Shown piece by piece: positions 13,018 through 24,565 of a stretch of 49,639 nt of DNA; positions within the stretch are counted from its first letter, which is position 1; each line of letters begins with the position of its first letter. Source of the stretch: Chromera velia (taxonomy: Eukaryota); the NCBI GenBank assembly GCA_018398765.1, contig JAHBMJ010000386.1, positions 1 through 49,639 on the forward strand, read 5' to 3'. The position numbers and the translations under genes were made by a program. Under the pieces are notes generated by a model, which did not search any database, had not been told where the DNA came from, and worked only from the letters and a program-made list of their open reading frames with translations.

Positions 13018-13020
13018 ACA
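11720..13020. repeat. Intron-like low-complexity tract: (CCTT)n, (TCAG)n, (CT)n, (TG)n
   Basis: Simple repeats directly visible. Confidence 0.85.
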
Positions 13021-13645
13021 TATGTGCACGAACTGTTTTTGTGAGTGGGTCTTCGTTTAGGCAAAAAATGATGAAAAGGGCCTTCATGCGCGGCAAAAGT
13101 TATCACTTGGTACAACCACGCGATGCGGTCATATTGGTTATTTGATGCCTGTTTCCTCTTTTTCTCCTCTCACTCTCTTTTAAATTTTCTGTTTCTCTTT
13201 CTACGGGACATTCCAGGAATAGCGCGCTGCCAGAAAGAGGCTTCTTCTGTGACTGGCAGCTTGGCTGCAAGAAGCAGGAAATACGGGGAAAGAGGTGATT
13301 AGTTCATGAAAGATGTGTTAAAGTGTCGGACAAGGTGTCTTGAAAGTGAAAAACGCTTGTTTAAGAAGTTGATATACTTTTTTGAGATATTTATTCAAGT
13401 CCTGGCTACTCTGCCTAGATTAAGCCAAAATATTAACCTTAAGCATAAGCTTAATGTACATTATAATTATGTTACAGTATGATGTAAAATTTTCTACTCA
13501 AATTGCTAGCTTAATTACTAGTTGAATGATGGTTTATATATCAATATTTATTTTATATCTAACTATTTCATTTTAATAATATGCCATAATATATGTCAAA
13601 GTCCGACTTGAGGGTAAAAGTCCATTTGTGAGGGCACAAGCCTCA

Positions 13646-15560
13646 TTTGGAATGTCTGGCGGGACGACTTCTCCTTCTCCCTCTTTCTCTGCTGGCTGCG
13701 CTGCCTGAACAGGTTTGCGACCCTGCCCTGACTGCTTTTCCTTTTCCTCTCCACCCCCTACCCCCTGCTGCGGACCTCGCAACTCCAGGTGGCCTGCCTG
13801 AAGTTGAGAGCCTGCTGCAAATGGAAGAGAGAAAGGGACAGGTACAGAAACAAAAGACACCGACTCTCCCACAATACGATCCAGCTGCCTGACGGCCGTT
13901 GACGGAACAGAGTCGGGAAAGATTGTCTGCGACTTGGAGGAGGAGACAACAGCTTCAAGGTCCGCACCCCCTGTAGCAAGAACATTGACTTCTCTGTCTT
14001 CATCGACATCAAAATCAGAAAAACGATCAACATCGTCAGCAGGTGCAGCTGCTGACTCAGACACTCCATTCAAAAAGTCAGCAGACACATTCAAACCATA
14101 CCATTCAATCAAAGACACAGCACTCGGATGCATACGCAAAGGTCTCTATCCCTTCCCATTGTCTATCTTCACAAGAATTCGAACACATACGACAGAGTCG
14201 CTTTCGACTCCAGCAAAGAACCCTTCCTTTCCCCTGACAGGCACAGCAGAAGAGGGAATTGGACGAGGGTCAGTCACAAGAACATGATCACCGACAGAGA
14301 TGGGGGAAATGGAACGAGCAGCCTTAACACCAAACACAGACGCATTGGGCAACTTACCCATCGCAGACGAAACGCATTCATTCAAAGAATCAATCACACC
14401 ACTCAACAACCACTTCGTACAATATTTCGGTAAATTCAAATCCGTAAGCAACTTCCAGAGCAATTTTTTTACTGTACGATTCATTCTCTCTACTTGCGCT
14501 TGAGACTGGGAAGTGTAGATGCTTCCTTTCTTATGAAAGATGGACTTTTGATCATATATATGCTCGTACTGTCCCTTCTTTTCACCCACAAATTTTTTGA
14601 AATTCTTTTCCATTGTCAGTGTAAACCGTTGCAAGCTTTCCTTTGACTTTCAGCTTCTCACCCAGTCTCTCCCATCTTCTTATCCAATGCATGCAGTCAG
14701 ATGTCTTCCTGCCTTCCCTTTCAAAGGCAGAACCATACCAGAAACAAAACGAGTTGCAGCATCGACAATCAAAGACACAGGGGTACCACCAGGTAAAAAC
14801 ATGACATCCTGATAAATGACTTCATTGAATTCCTTTGCTTGCACGCCTTCCTGGCTCTTTTGAGGAATACGATGCATCACAGCATTCATATGCTTGCACT
14901 ATCTGCACACATGCCTCACTTGATCACACGCCTCTTTGCTCACATGCGACACAATGCCTTTTTCTTTTATTATTTCATACAGTCGCATACCAGTCGCATG
15001 CCTAAATCTCTTATGCCACATCAAAACCTCCTTCACACTAGGATACACCCCAGATGGCGCCCTATGTCAAATTGCCGGAAGGGCTTTTTCCTTCTTGAGC
15101 ACTTCAAACCTGCAGCCATCGCACAAAAGTACTGTCCAACATGCACTCATATGCTCCTGTCTGGAGGGATTCTGAAAGAGCAGGACAGAACCACTTACCG
15201 GGGGAGCTGGAGGTCGATTAATACCCCTGAGACGCCAATTCTCCACTACAGGAAGACAAAACAATCTCACCTTCTCATAACTAGCAGACTCACTAGGAAC
15301 CTATCCCGCTGGCCTAGGAGGATAACAACAGACACAGGGCATTGGGCAAAATTGCTGGGGATTGATTCTGCGGCCTCCTGGTAGAAAGAAGGAATGTTGC
15401 TTTGGAGGCCTGGGAGGTACTTTCCTGACTGGTCCAGACTGGAGCTGCCAGACACGCCAAAGTAGATCAACTGTGCCACAAAACTTCACCCAACACAGAG
15501 GCAAGCTGTCTAGTACTAAGGGAGCAGAATTATGCCAGTTTGACCATCGGTACTGCTCTA
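13646..15560 (-). pseudogene. Ty1/Copia pol 5' part: GAG-pre-integrase/HHCC and integrase core; 5' truncated
   Basis: VLMWHKRFRH...VCR*CKH (HHCC), then IYQDVMF...LIVDAATRF, VYTDNGKEF and QAQVERMNRTVKK (DDE triad). Integrase lies upstream of RT, which is Copia order. It joins 5102-7085 once the TIR element is removed. The upstream boundary is approximate. Confidence 0.85.
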
Positions 15561-15838
15561 TACAACAAGGTAGACAGGAAGGGATGAGAGGACGAAATGA
15601 CCCTTCTCTGTGTGTTGGTGTGCTTTTTGAGCATTCTAAGCACAATTTCGGGATTGTGAGAGTGGCCCCAGAAAATTTTGGCCCAAATTCTTGCACCAAG
15701 CGGCCTCTGGGGACCAATTTGGTGCCTTTCTGGGCCCTGGGCGCCGCCGGAATCGCGCGGACCGGCTTAACTGGCTCAAAAATTTCAGACCCTTCTAATT
15801 GGTCCATGCACATCTGTATAACCACCTTCCGCGTTGTG

Positions 15839-16048
15839 CCGGCGTTTTTCTGCAAAAAACTCGTTTTCATTATTAATAAGGAGTTAGAAGCTGAAACTTT
15901 GTGTAAAAAGACGTTGTAACGATAGAAAAAGAACTATGGAACAGATTTTTTATATCATTTCTAGAAACATAGGCTGTCATACAAATTTTTTGATTTTGAA
16001 GCCATTTTTTAACGGTTCTGAATAGTAAGAAAACCGGTATAAAACTTT
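15839..16048. repeat. One-arm copy of the MITE family found at 21356-21810
   Basis: ccggcgtttttctgcaaaaaactcg...gagttagaagctgaaactttgtgt...ctatggaacagatttttta...ttaacggttc matches the MITE arm. Confidence 0.85.
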
Positions 16049-17757
16049 CAAAATTTGTAAACAGGCCAAGTTACTGTACTAAAAGTAACTTCAAGATTTT
16101 TTGAAAGTTATGGTACTAAAAGTAGGTGTGGGGTTTGTACATGTAAGAATGTGGACCAAAAAGATTTTTATGATACATCATGGTGTGTCATGATGTTGAT
16201 ACAAGTTTTAAAAGTGCATGATCAAACTTCATCCTAGAGATTCTCAACGTTACTAATATTAAGTGTTTCTCAGCAGTTTTTGTTGCCGTCTCATGCATCT
16301 TTAATGACCCATTACATGAAATCGTATCAAAAACAGACAGTGCACATGACATATATATATGTTTGACTCTCATGTCACCTAGCATGTCCTAGAGCATATC
16401 ACTCCGAAACAAAAGATCCGACTCATCGATAAAGAGATATACTCCCTTTGTCAATCAAGCCAGGGAGAAAGAAAATAATAAAAAGGGGAAGAACAAAAGA
16501 AGGAGAGAGAAGAGTCTTAGAAGACTTTACCGTCATGCACGCGCCTACCCCGTAAAGCTAGACATGTGAACGGGTCACGTACCGAATTATGCCTTTTGAG
16601 CCGAGAGGTACGAGACGAGATCTTACCGTAACTAGAAAACAGTAGAAGAAATTTAGGGTAAAAATATGTGCAAACACTCACGAGTCACGATTTAATGCTA
16701 AATTATGTCTTTTAGGGCAAATTTAGGCCGAGATCTTACGGTAACTAGAATTTCTAGTCTAAAAAGAAGTAGAAGAACTTCAAGGGGCTCAAGTTACTGG
16801 TACAGAGTTACTGAAAAGTCAGTAACTAAAGTTTTTGACTGACAGACAGTCACGGTTGCTACTTTTAAACGGACTATGTAGGCCTGCAATGGCCTGTCTG
16901 GAAAAATCTAGTTACTTTTTTAAAAAAGTAACTCTTAAATGTACTATGTACCTGCATAAAATTCTATGCAATGCATAGGGAGATTCTGATAAGAAAATTA
17001 TGATTAGGCTTGAAAAATTGGTTATAAATAATTAGTTGTCTTTAGCTAGAGTCTTAGGATTATGATTTGTGCTAGGCGTGAGACAATATAAATAAATAGT
17101 ATTCAAATAACTAAAATGACTCGGAAGCCCAAAATGGCTTATATAATATTTATTTTATTTGAGTGTTTTTGGGGGGTACCTAGAAAACGAAAACGTTTGG
17201 GAAGCTGGAAATCATACCAAAAAAACTTGCTATTTTTCTTCTTTTTTTGCAAAGGTACGTGTTTTTCGGAGCGTTGAGGGCTTATAAGTTCATATGGGGA
17301 GTCACTTTATGCAAGCTGGAAAGTTGTTCAGGATGATATGGAGAGCAAACACAACGTAGGCAGTAGATATAGACTAACCTTGAAAATGAGTTTCTTCGTG
17401 TTCTTAGCCAAAAGACGGCTCTAGTCGTACCTCTCCTGTTTTTGGGCATCAACGATTGACAAAGTTGCGTTGCTTTGCTTCTGACCAAAAGCCGTCTCCT
17501 TCCAGTTTTACTGGTTCTCCGTGGTCCTCCACTTCTGTGCAGACGGTGCAGTAGCAGGAGGCCGCAGACAGACGGTCGGAAAGAGGCGAGAGGCGCGGCA
17601 GAGCCGTGCGGCGGGCAACACCACCGATACAGAAAAACAAAACGGTGTACGTATACGCGCGCCAGCGTACCGAGCAAAGTGAAAGACGAATCCACAGCTG
17701 CGAATAGACCCCAGTTGAATCCCCAATATCGAGATTGGACACAGGAAAGCAGCACTG

Positions 17758-19164
17758 ATGTCCAACTCTCCAAACAGAACTTCTCAGTCCCCGTCTCGAC
17801 ATGTGCACACTCAGGCTGCACAACCTTCTCTGTCCCCGTCTGAATCGTGTCGACATGTGCACACTCAAGCTGCACAACCTTCTCTGTCCCCGTCTGAATG
17901 CGAAGTGCCAGACTTGCAGCTTGGCAGTGAGACACTCGCTCCTCTGCGGCAGAAGGCCGACAGAAAGGAGGACTATGCGCCAACTCGGAGGAAGAAGGGC
18001 AACGACAAGGGCCAGAACAACCAGCATCGTCAAAGAACACAAGGCCAGTCAATGAATAACACAGATGGTTGCCCCGAATCGGGCCGTGCATACACTAAGG
18101 GCGCCCCCCCAAGCGGGGCAGCTAACAGCTCCCCCACCAATGCACGCACCTGCAGGTCGGAAGCTCAGGAGGCACCCGGACAGGACTCCGCTCAGCAAGA
18201 CGGCGTCCCCTCCCCACTGCACGCAGCGACCCCCTCTCCTCAAATGCCTCCGGCGACCCCCTCTCCTTACCTGCCTCCTGCGACCCCCTCCCCTCACCTG
18301 CCTCCTGCCACCCCCTCACCTCTCCTGCCTCCTGCCACCCCCTCACCTCTCCTGCCTCCTGCCAGCCCCTCACCTCAACGGCCTCCTGCCACCCCCTCGC
18401 CTCAGCCTCCACGGGGGATTTTTTTGCAAGCACGAGCCTCCTCCCCTCGCGGCCATGCAGCCCCCGCGAAAGCGAAGGAGGAGGGGAGGGCAACAGGAGG
18501 CCCCTGTCTATACAACACAGCTGAGTTCCCTCCGATCACGGCAGCAGCAGCAGCAGCAGCAGGTAGAGGAGAGGGGAGCGGGAAGGCGAGACCACACCCT
18601 ACCGACACTCCACAAGGGAGAGCGACGAGCGGAAGGGGACGGCAGTGGACAGAGATGGAGGCAGTCCTGAGCCCCCCGGGGAGAATAGAAACGGCGCCAG
18701 AGCGCACAGACTGGCCGAACCCTCGGAGAGGAAAGGAAAGGCAAGGAGCAAGCACGGCGACTCCTTTTCTCCAGCGGAGAGAGGTAGCAGATCGGACGAA
18801 AGACGAGCGGATGGCGAAGGAGAGAGAGGCAGAGAGAGGAAGGAGGGCAGCCATGAAAAGAGCAGCCGCAGAAGCCAGAAGGATCCCCCCCCCAAGCGCA
18901 GCGATGGTACAGGAGCCCGTCGTCCCCCTCGTGCTCCCACGTAGACCCGAGCGAGCGTTCGGGAGGGAAATGGAAGAAGCGGGGCAGGGAAGGGTGGGGG
19001 GGGAATCCGGACTGGCACGGGGGGTTATGGACCCACGACGGAAGCGGAGGGAAAGAAGGGCAGTACTAAAAACAGCAGTACGAGAAGAGAGGAAAAGGGA
19101 AGAGGAGAGAGCACAAGCAGCCAAACAGCAGAGGCGAGAATCACCCCCCCTACTAGCGGTGTGA
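17758..19164 (+). CDS. Hypothetical 468-aa disordered Pro/Arg/Glu-rich ORF (possibly retroelement-derived)
   Basis: Open, intronless ORF with a 51-bp duplication (HVHTQAAQPSLSPSE x2), about 6 copies of a 30-bp PPATPSPxL repeat and a charged helical C-terminus. No family recognised. Confidence 0.4.
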   Translation: MSNSPNRTSQSPSRHVHTQAAQPSLSPSESCRHVHTQAAQPSLSPSECEVPDLQLGSETLAPLRQKADRKEDYAPTRRKKGNDKGQNNQHRQRTQGQSMNNTDGCPESGRAYTKGAPPSGAANSSPTNARTCRSEAQEAPGQDSAQQDGVPSPLHAATPSPQMPPATPSPYLPPATPSPHLPPATPSPLLPPATPSPLLPPASPSPQRPPATPSPQPPRGIFLQARASSPRGHAAPAKAKEEGRATGGPCLYNTAEFPPITAAAAAAAGRGEGSGKARPHPTDTPQGRATSGRGRQWTEMEAVLSPPGRIETAPERTDWPNPRRGKERQGASTATPFLQRREVADRTKDERMAKEREAERGRRAAMKRAAAEARRIPPPSAAMVQEPVVPLVLPRRPERAFGREMEEAGQGRVGGESGLARGVMDPRRKRRERRAVLKTAVREERKREEERAQAAKQQRRESPPLLAV

Positions 19165-21355
19165 GACCTAGGTAGGTCTCTACAGCAACACAAAACCTCT
19201 CTCGCACACACAACACGCTGGCTTTACATAGCACTCGTTCGCAAAAGAGGGTAGGTAACCTTGTCAGGCGAAAGTGCTCACACACACACACACCGAAGAG
19301 ACCTATACACTGACCTGAATTCAGATACACCTTCAGCTAGGGTCCGCGGGCTATGACCTGTGCTCTACTTCCTGGAAGGCGTACGTGAGCATGGAATGAA
19401 GCTGCTGCATTACAGACAAAAGATCTTGTCCTGGACAAAGAGACACTGGCAGCCTGTTCGCAGCTTGGTAGGCAGAAAGCAGCACGCATTGCTGCCCTGA
19501 TCTGCCCATGCATGGCAAATATTCATATATACCATCAAAACAGGTCATTCGTCCAAAGAAAACAACTTACTGCCAGAGAGAGAAACACCCAGATACAGCT
19601 GAAAGGGTGCAGGCAAGAGGGGCCGGGTTCCATTCTTGCTGGAAGGTTCCATTCCTGCAAGCAGGCAAGCAGAGTGTATATATATATATATACATGGAAA
19701 CGTTTGCATGCAAAGCTGTATGCAGAGAAGAGTCTTTTGTTGCAGCGTTGAGGCCTTGTCGGGGCTGACCCTTAGCACCAAAGTCATCGAAATAAGTGAA
19801 GAGACTGTCGTGTATGTGTGCAGAATAAGCGCACGGTGCAAATCTTCCGCCAGATGGTCAATCTCTCACACGCGTTGATGCAGACTGAACGTTCTGGTTT
19901 GCATGGAAGTTCATTGAACGTTCTGTAATTGAAAGCGGCTTTTCGCCTTCTACTACGCATCGATCAACTTGTCTGAAGGCAGTCGATGACTTCAGGGTCT
20001 TTTTATGTTGAGTGGTTTCCAATCTGCTCTCAGATTGCAGTTCGTTCCAATATATATATACAATTCGAGGGTTTCAGACAGAAGCCGCCTGAATTAAGCA
20101 GCAAGGTCAGACATGCATTTCGCAATGCGTTTGTTTTCGCGCGGGGCTTGGGGGGCACTTAATACTGCTTTTTTATTACGTGCCCCTCAAACGATGACGC
20201 GCGCTGCGTGCGAAAGTGCATGCAGGATGCATGCATGCAGCATGTCTGACCTTGTTCGCTTGCTGTCTTGCATTCAATGCCAAGCTGGCTTGAATCTGGA
20301 AGCCTTCCAACAGACGATGGACACACAGAGACACACAATAAAGTAGGTGGCTGTCATCACAGTTTCGATCGTTGATCGGTTTCATTGGATAGAAGAGAAA
20401 GTGTTCTGAAGGAAGTTGCTTGCATGTTTCTTTGCCGTCTCCATACCTCTTCTTCACCTCATACCTTCTTTTATCCTCCCAATCTGACTGCAACCGTCAG
20501 ATCAGTGGGCACGAGGGCAAGTACGGCTATACAGAGACCCTTTCAACGCTCCAGCTTGCCTTCAAAACGCTCGGACGGTGCGGGATGTGATCATTTGAGG
20601 TCAGTCGCTCGGTTTCGGGTATGTTTTTGGTAGGTCTCAGGTCTGAGACCTCATTTCATGAATCTGCTCTCACACACTCACACCGAGGTGACCATGTCTC
20701 TCCCTTCTTGCACGCAGACTGCCCTCGCACACCAAACAGACCCCAGACCTATTTGTATGGAGTAGGGGGGGTGATGAGGCGAGAGCAGTTCTGGAGGGGC
20801 ACACACCCGACGCACACAGGGCAGGTGCACACAGGCAGACCGATCCCTCGGAGTCCAAGGCCCCTCAGCCAGAGGGACGCCACGCCACCGAGAGGGGGGG
20901 AGGGAAAGCCAGCAGAAACGCCGCAGGTGGTAAGAGAGGTCGTCAATCGTGCACTCCAGACAACCCCCGCCCCGACAGGCGGAAAGCACCGCAGGAGGAT
21001 CAGACGCCAGCAGGAGATGCAGGAGGAAAGGAAGGAAGAAGCCGAGTTGGACCCATACCAACCCCGCGACCTCAGTGAAGAGGAGGCGCTGCGAATCGGC
21101 ATCGCGGCCTCGATGACGGAGGTGGCCTCCCTCTCCTCCTCCAACTCTCCTGCTCCCTCTTCCGCCGCTCCCTCGAACCATGCTTCATCAGCCTCAGTTG
21201 CCCCCCCCCCATCCGACCCCGTGGTTGGTGGCTCGTCTCACCCCCCTACACAGCAGCAGGACGGGGGCGCATCCTCTCCACCATCCGCACAGCCGAAGAT
21301 TTCGAACGCGGGGCTGACTGATGATGAAGCCCTCAAGAAAGGGATCGAAGGCTCG

Positions 21356-21810
21356 CGCATGCCGGGGGCGAGTGGGGTGCTTTTTGCCCCCCCCTCTGCA
21401 TAGGAGACCGGCGCTTTTCCGCAAAAAACTCGTTCTCATAATTGGTAAAGAGTTAGAAGCTGAAACTTTGTGTAAGAAGACGTTATAACGATAGAAAAAG
21501 AACTATGGAACAGATTTTTTATATCATTTCTAGAAATATAGGCTGCTATACAAATTTTGTGAGTTTCATACTGTTTTTCTTACTATTAGGAACCGTTAAA
21601 AAATGGTCCAAAAATCAAAAAAATTGTATGGCAGCCTATGTTTTTAGAAATGATATAAAAAATCTGTTCTATAGTTCTTTTACTCTCGTTACAACGTCTT
21701 CTTATACAAAGTTTCAGCTTCTAATTCCTTACCAATTATGAGAACGAGTTTTTTACGGGAATACGCCGCTTTAAGGGGGCAAAAAGCACCCCACTTGCCC
21801 CTGGCATGCG
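21356..21810. mobile_element. MITE/foldback element, 455 bp, with about 200-bp inverted arms
   Basis: cgcatgccggggg...tacaaattt versus aaaattgta...gcccctggcatgcg; flanked by CG on both sides; interrupts the second UIM-like motif. Confidence 0.9.
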
Positions 21811-21999
21811 CGGTGTTGGAGACGCCCACCCCATCTGCCCGTCCGGACCCAACCTCTTCATCTTCCTCTTCCTCATCGATGTTCGCTCACGCCCCCTCCG
21901 CTCCCTCCCACATCGCCCCACTGTCCCATACCGACCCCACCCCGCCCCCCAACGCCACACCCGCACAGGCAGGAGTCTCCTCCTCCACGGTTCTGATAA

Positions 22000-23800
22000 A
22001 GGAAACTGGTGCCCCCTCTCCCCCCTCTATACAGTTATAAGTCGCTGGTGTCTCCTCTCACCACGCAGCATAGTTATAAGCTGTAGGGGCCGCCTCCCCC
22101 TCCTCTGCATAGTGGCAGGCTGCTGATGGCTCCTCTTCCCCCTCTACACAGTTGCAGGATGCTGATATCTACTCTTCCTCCTCTGCATCATGAGTTAATA
22201 TCTGTCGGAGTGTATCTGAATACACACTCCGAACTTAAGTGTAGGAGGGCTGACACTCCGGCAATGATGGTACACACTTCAGATTTCGGTCCTAGCGCTG
22301 TGACACACCGATAAAGATGACACACACCAGAAATAGGTGGTCTAGAGGCCATAACCGGCATAACAACTTGATTGCCACCAGGCATAACCGAGTAGCTCTG
22401 AGATGCTTCTAGGAAGCATAAGAGCAGAATGCACAAGTAGAGAAACGTGGGAATCTAGTATGAAGCAGCATAGTGCAGAGCAATACCCATAGAGGGGCGT
22501 TGAGAAGAGGACACAGACGGAGACGGAAAAAGACAACAGCAACAATGAGCCGAATACTTCTATAGTTGACACTCTACAGACGATTAAAAGTGAACATGCA
22601 GACATATAGTATACACTGTATATATATGATACACATGGACCAACCTTCTCTGTAGGTCTTTGCAGGGATGCATTGAAAGCTACAGGCTGCAAGAAAGAAC
22701 CGCATACAAGCGTGTGACTGAGCAAATTCTGAGTCATAACAGTACAACGAGGCTGTTTAAATGAATAGCCGAAAAGAAGAGATCATGATGGACTGCTGAT
22801 AGTGAGTCAGAAAATGCCTTGTCATCAGATGATCATAATGAAGATCAAGATTGAGATCAGGGCAGAGCGAGTCCGAAAAGAGGAAGAGGTCATACTAGGG
22901 GAACCAGAAAACGCTAAAAAACACAGAAAGACATATGTACAGTCACACTTATCATATAAAAACTGAATTAAAAAATTATAAAAATAGATTTCCATAAACT
23001 TTTTTCCCTAGGAAATTTAAAGAATAAACCAAGCTACCTACTTCAAGTTATAAAAAAAATAATTCTATTTTTTTTTTTTTAAAATAAAAATCATAGGTGG
23101 TTTGATTTAGAGAACACACTCCGACAATAGGTCTAGCTCGTGTAACACTCCACCTGAATATACTCCAATAGACATACTCCGATTGACACACTCCAAAAAC
23201 ATACTCTGCAAAATACAGTCTGATTTTGGGTCCTAAGCCCGGAACACTCCAAGAGTTACCGTCCCACGTTCTGCACAGTTGCAGGATGCTGATATCTACT
23301 CTTCTCCCTCTGCACAGTGGCAGGCTGCTGATGGCTTCTCTTCCCCCTCTGCACAGTTATAGGATGCTGATATCTACTCTTCCCCCTCTGCACAGATGCA
23401 GGACGATGATGTCTACTCTTCCTCCTCTGCATAGTTGCCGGCTGCTGATATCTCCTCTACCCCCTCTGTACACACACCAGCCGCTGGTGTCCGCTTGCCC
23501 CCCTCTGCACAGCTAAAGGCAGAGGGTGCCTCCCCGCTCCCCTCAGAGAGTCTGTACAGCCATCGGCAACTGCTGTCACATCTCCCCTCTATGCATAGTC
23601 ACAAGCAGCTGGTGTCTCCTTTCCCCCCTCTGCACAGTTGTAGGCAGCAGGTATCTTGTCTCCCCCCTCTGCACAGCCGCACACCGCTGGTGCCTCCTCT
23701 TCCCCCGCTGTGCAGCTGAAAGCTACTAGTGCCTCCTCTCCCCCCTCTGCAAGGCTGAAGGCGACTGGTGTTTCCTCTCCTCCCTCCGCACAGTTGAAGG
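22000..23800 (+). repeat. Coding-type 39-bp minisatellite (S/TLPPSAQLQDADI-like), split by the 22188-23269 insertion
   Basis: The unit ctcttccccctctgcacagttgcaggatgctgatatcta recurs, degenerate, at about 22000-22187 and 23270-23800. Confidence 0.8.
22188..23269. mobile_element. Unclassified 1.08-kb insertion with 6-bp TSD and clustered ACACTCC motifs near both ends
   Basis: TCTGCA is duplicated at 22182-22187 and 23270-23275. About a dozen ACA(C/T)ACTCC-like motifs lie at 22205-22330 and 23110-23250. No terminal IR is visible. Confidence 0.7.
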
Positions 23801-24565
23801 CTGCCCGAGCCTTGCACTCCCCCACCGAAATTTTGCGGGTCTCGAAGGATGAAGACATCTCCTCTTCCTCCTCAGACCAATCCAAGGCCGCCTCCGTCTC
23901 ATCGCCCCTCAAGCTGAACCCAAATGCCCCCCCGTTTGTACTGCTAATGCCCATTCCACCAGCCCCCACAGCCCCGCAGCAGGGAAGCCTCTCCGACCCG
24001 CGGCCAGCCACACGGCCAATCATGGGGTTCTCAGAGAACTTGGAGGAGGACTGGCCATTCAAAGAGTCTGAGGAAGACGAACGAGTGCTCAGATGCAGAC
24101 GAGTAAGCACCTGTTTTATTCTACCACACACCCTCCCCCACAGATGACAACCACCAGTCACCAACCCACGGATGGCAGGGGTACCCCCCCTCCTCCCGCT
24201 CCTCCCCACTCCGCCTCCACCCTACCAACGCATGGACATAGACCCCAGGCTACTCTCGACCCCAATCAAAGCAGCAGCTGACACAAAGCAGGCGGAGGAC
24301 CACGGGAGCGACACAAACTGTCAGGTGAACACGAAGGCGAGGAAAGAGAGGAGGGAGCAAGGAGAGGAGTCTTGGGGGTCCCGGGGACCCCGCCCCCAGC
24401 CGATATGCTCGACAGATGCAAGTGGAGAGCAGACAGGAAGGAGGAGGAAAAGAAGGACTGAAAAGGACGGGAAAATCTCTAATAAAAGAGGTAGCAGCAG
24501 CCCTAGCTAGGAGTAAAAGGCTAGCCGGCAGACAGCGGGGGAGGAAGGAAGAGGAAAAAGGCTAG

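Larger units (their letters stand above)
7086..13642. mobile_element. PIF/Harbinger-like TIR element (6.56 kb) inserted in the Copia pol linker
   Basis: 43-bp TIRs GGC(C/T)TGTGCCCTCA(T/C)AAATGGACTTTTACCCTCAAGTCGGACT at 7086-7128 and 13600-13642 (2 mismatches), flanked on both sides by TCA (7083-7085, 13643-13645), a 3-bp TNA TSD. AT-rich subterminal regions. The superfamily is inferred from the TSD and ends only. Confidence 0.8.
4574..16732. mobile_element. Outer DNA-transposon-like unit delimited by about 205-bp imperfect inverted repeats (4574-4778 and 16521-16732)
   Basis: ctcggcctaaatttgccctaaaa...gtaaggtctt is the reverse complement of aagactttaccgtc...caaatttaggccgag, with mostly transition mismatches. 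No clear TSD and no transposase seen. Confidence 0.65.

Noticed and set aside
11804..13060. 418-aa hydrophobic ORF resembling a membrane protein (similarly 43446-44288)
   Set aside because: Arises from (CCTT)n/(TG)n/(TTTC)n repeats that lack stop codons; no domain.
23270..23800. Regularly spaced repeats as a CRISPR array
   Set aside because: Contiguous degenerate 39-bp units with no unique spacers; eukaryotic context; no cas genes.
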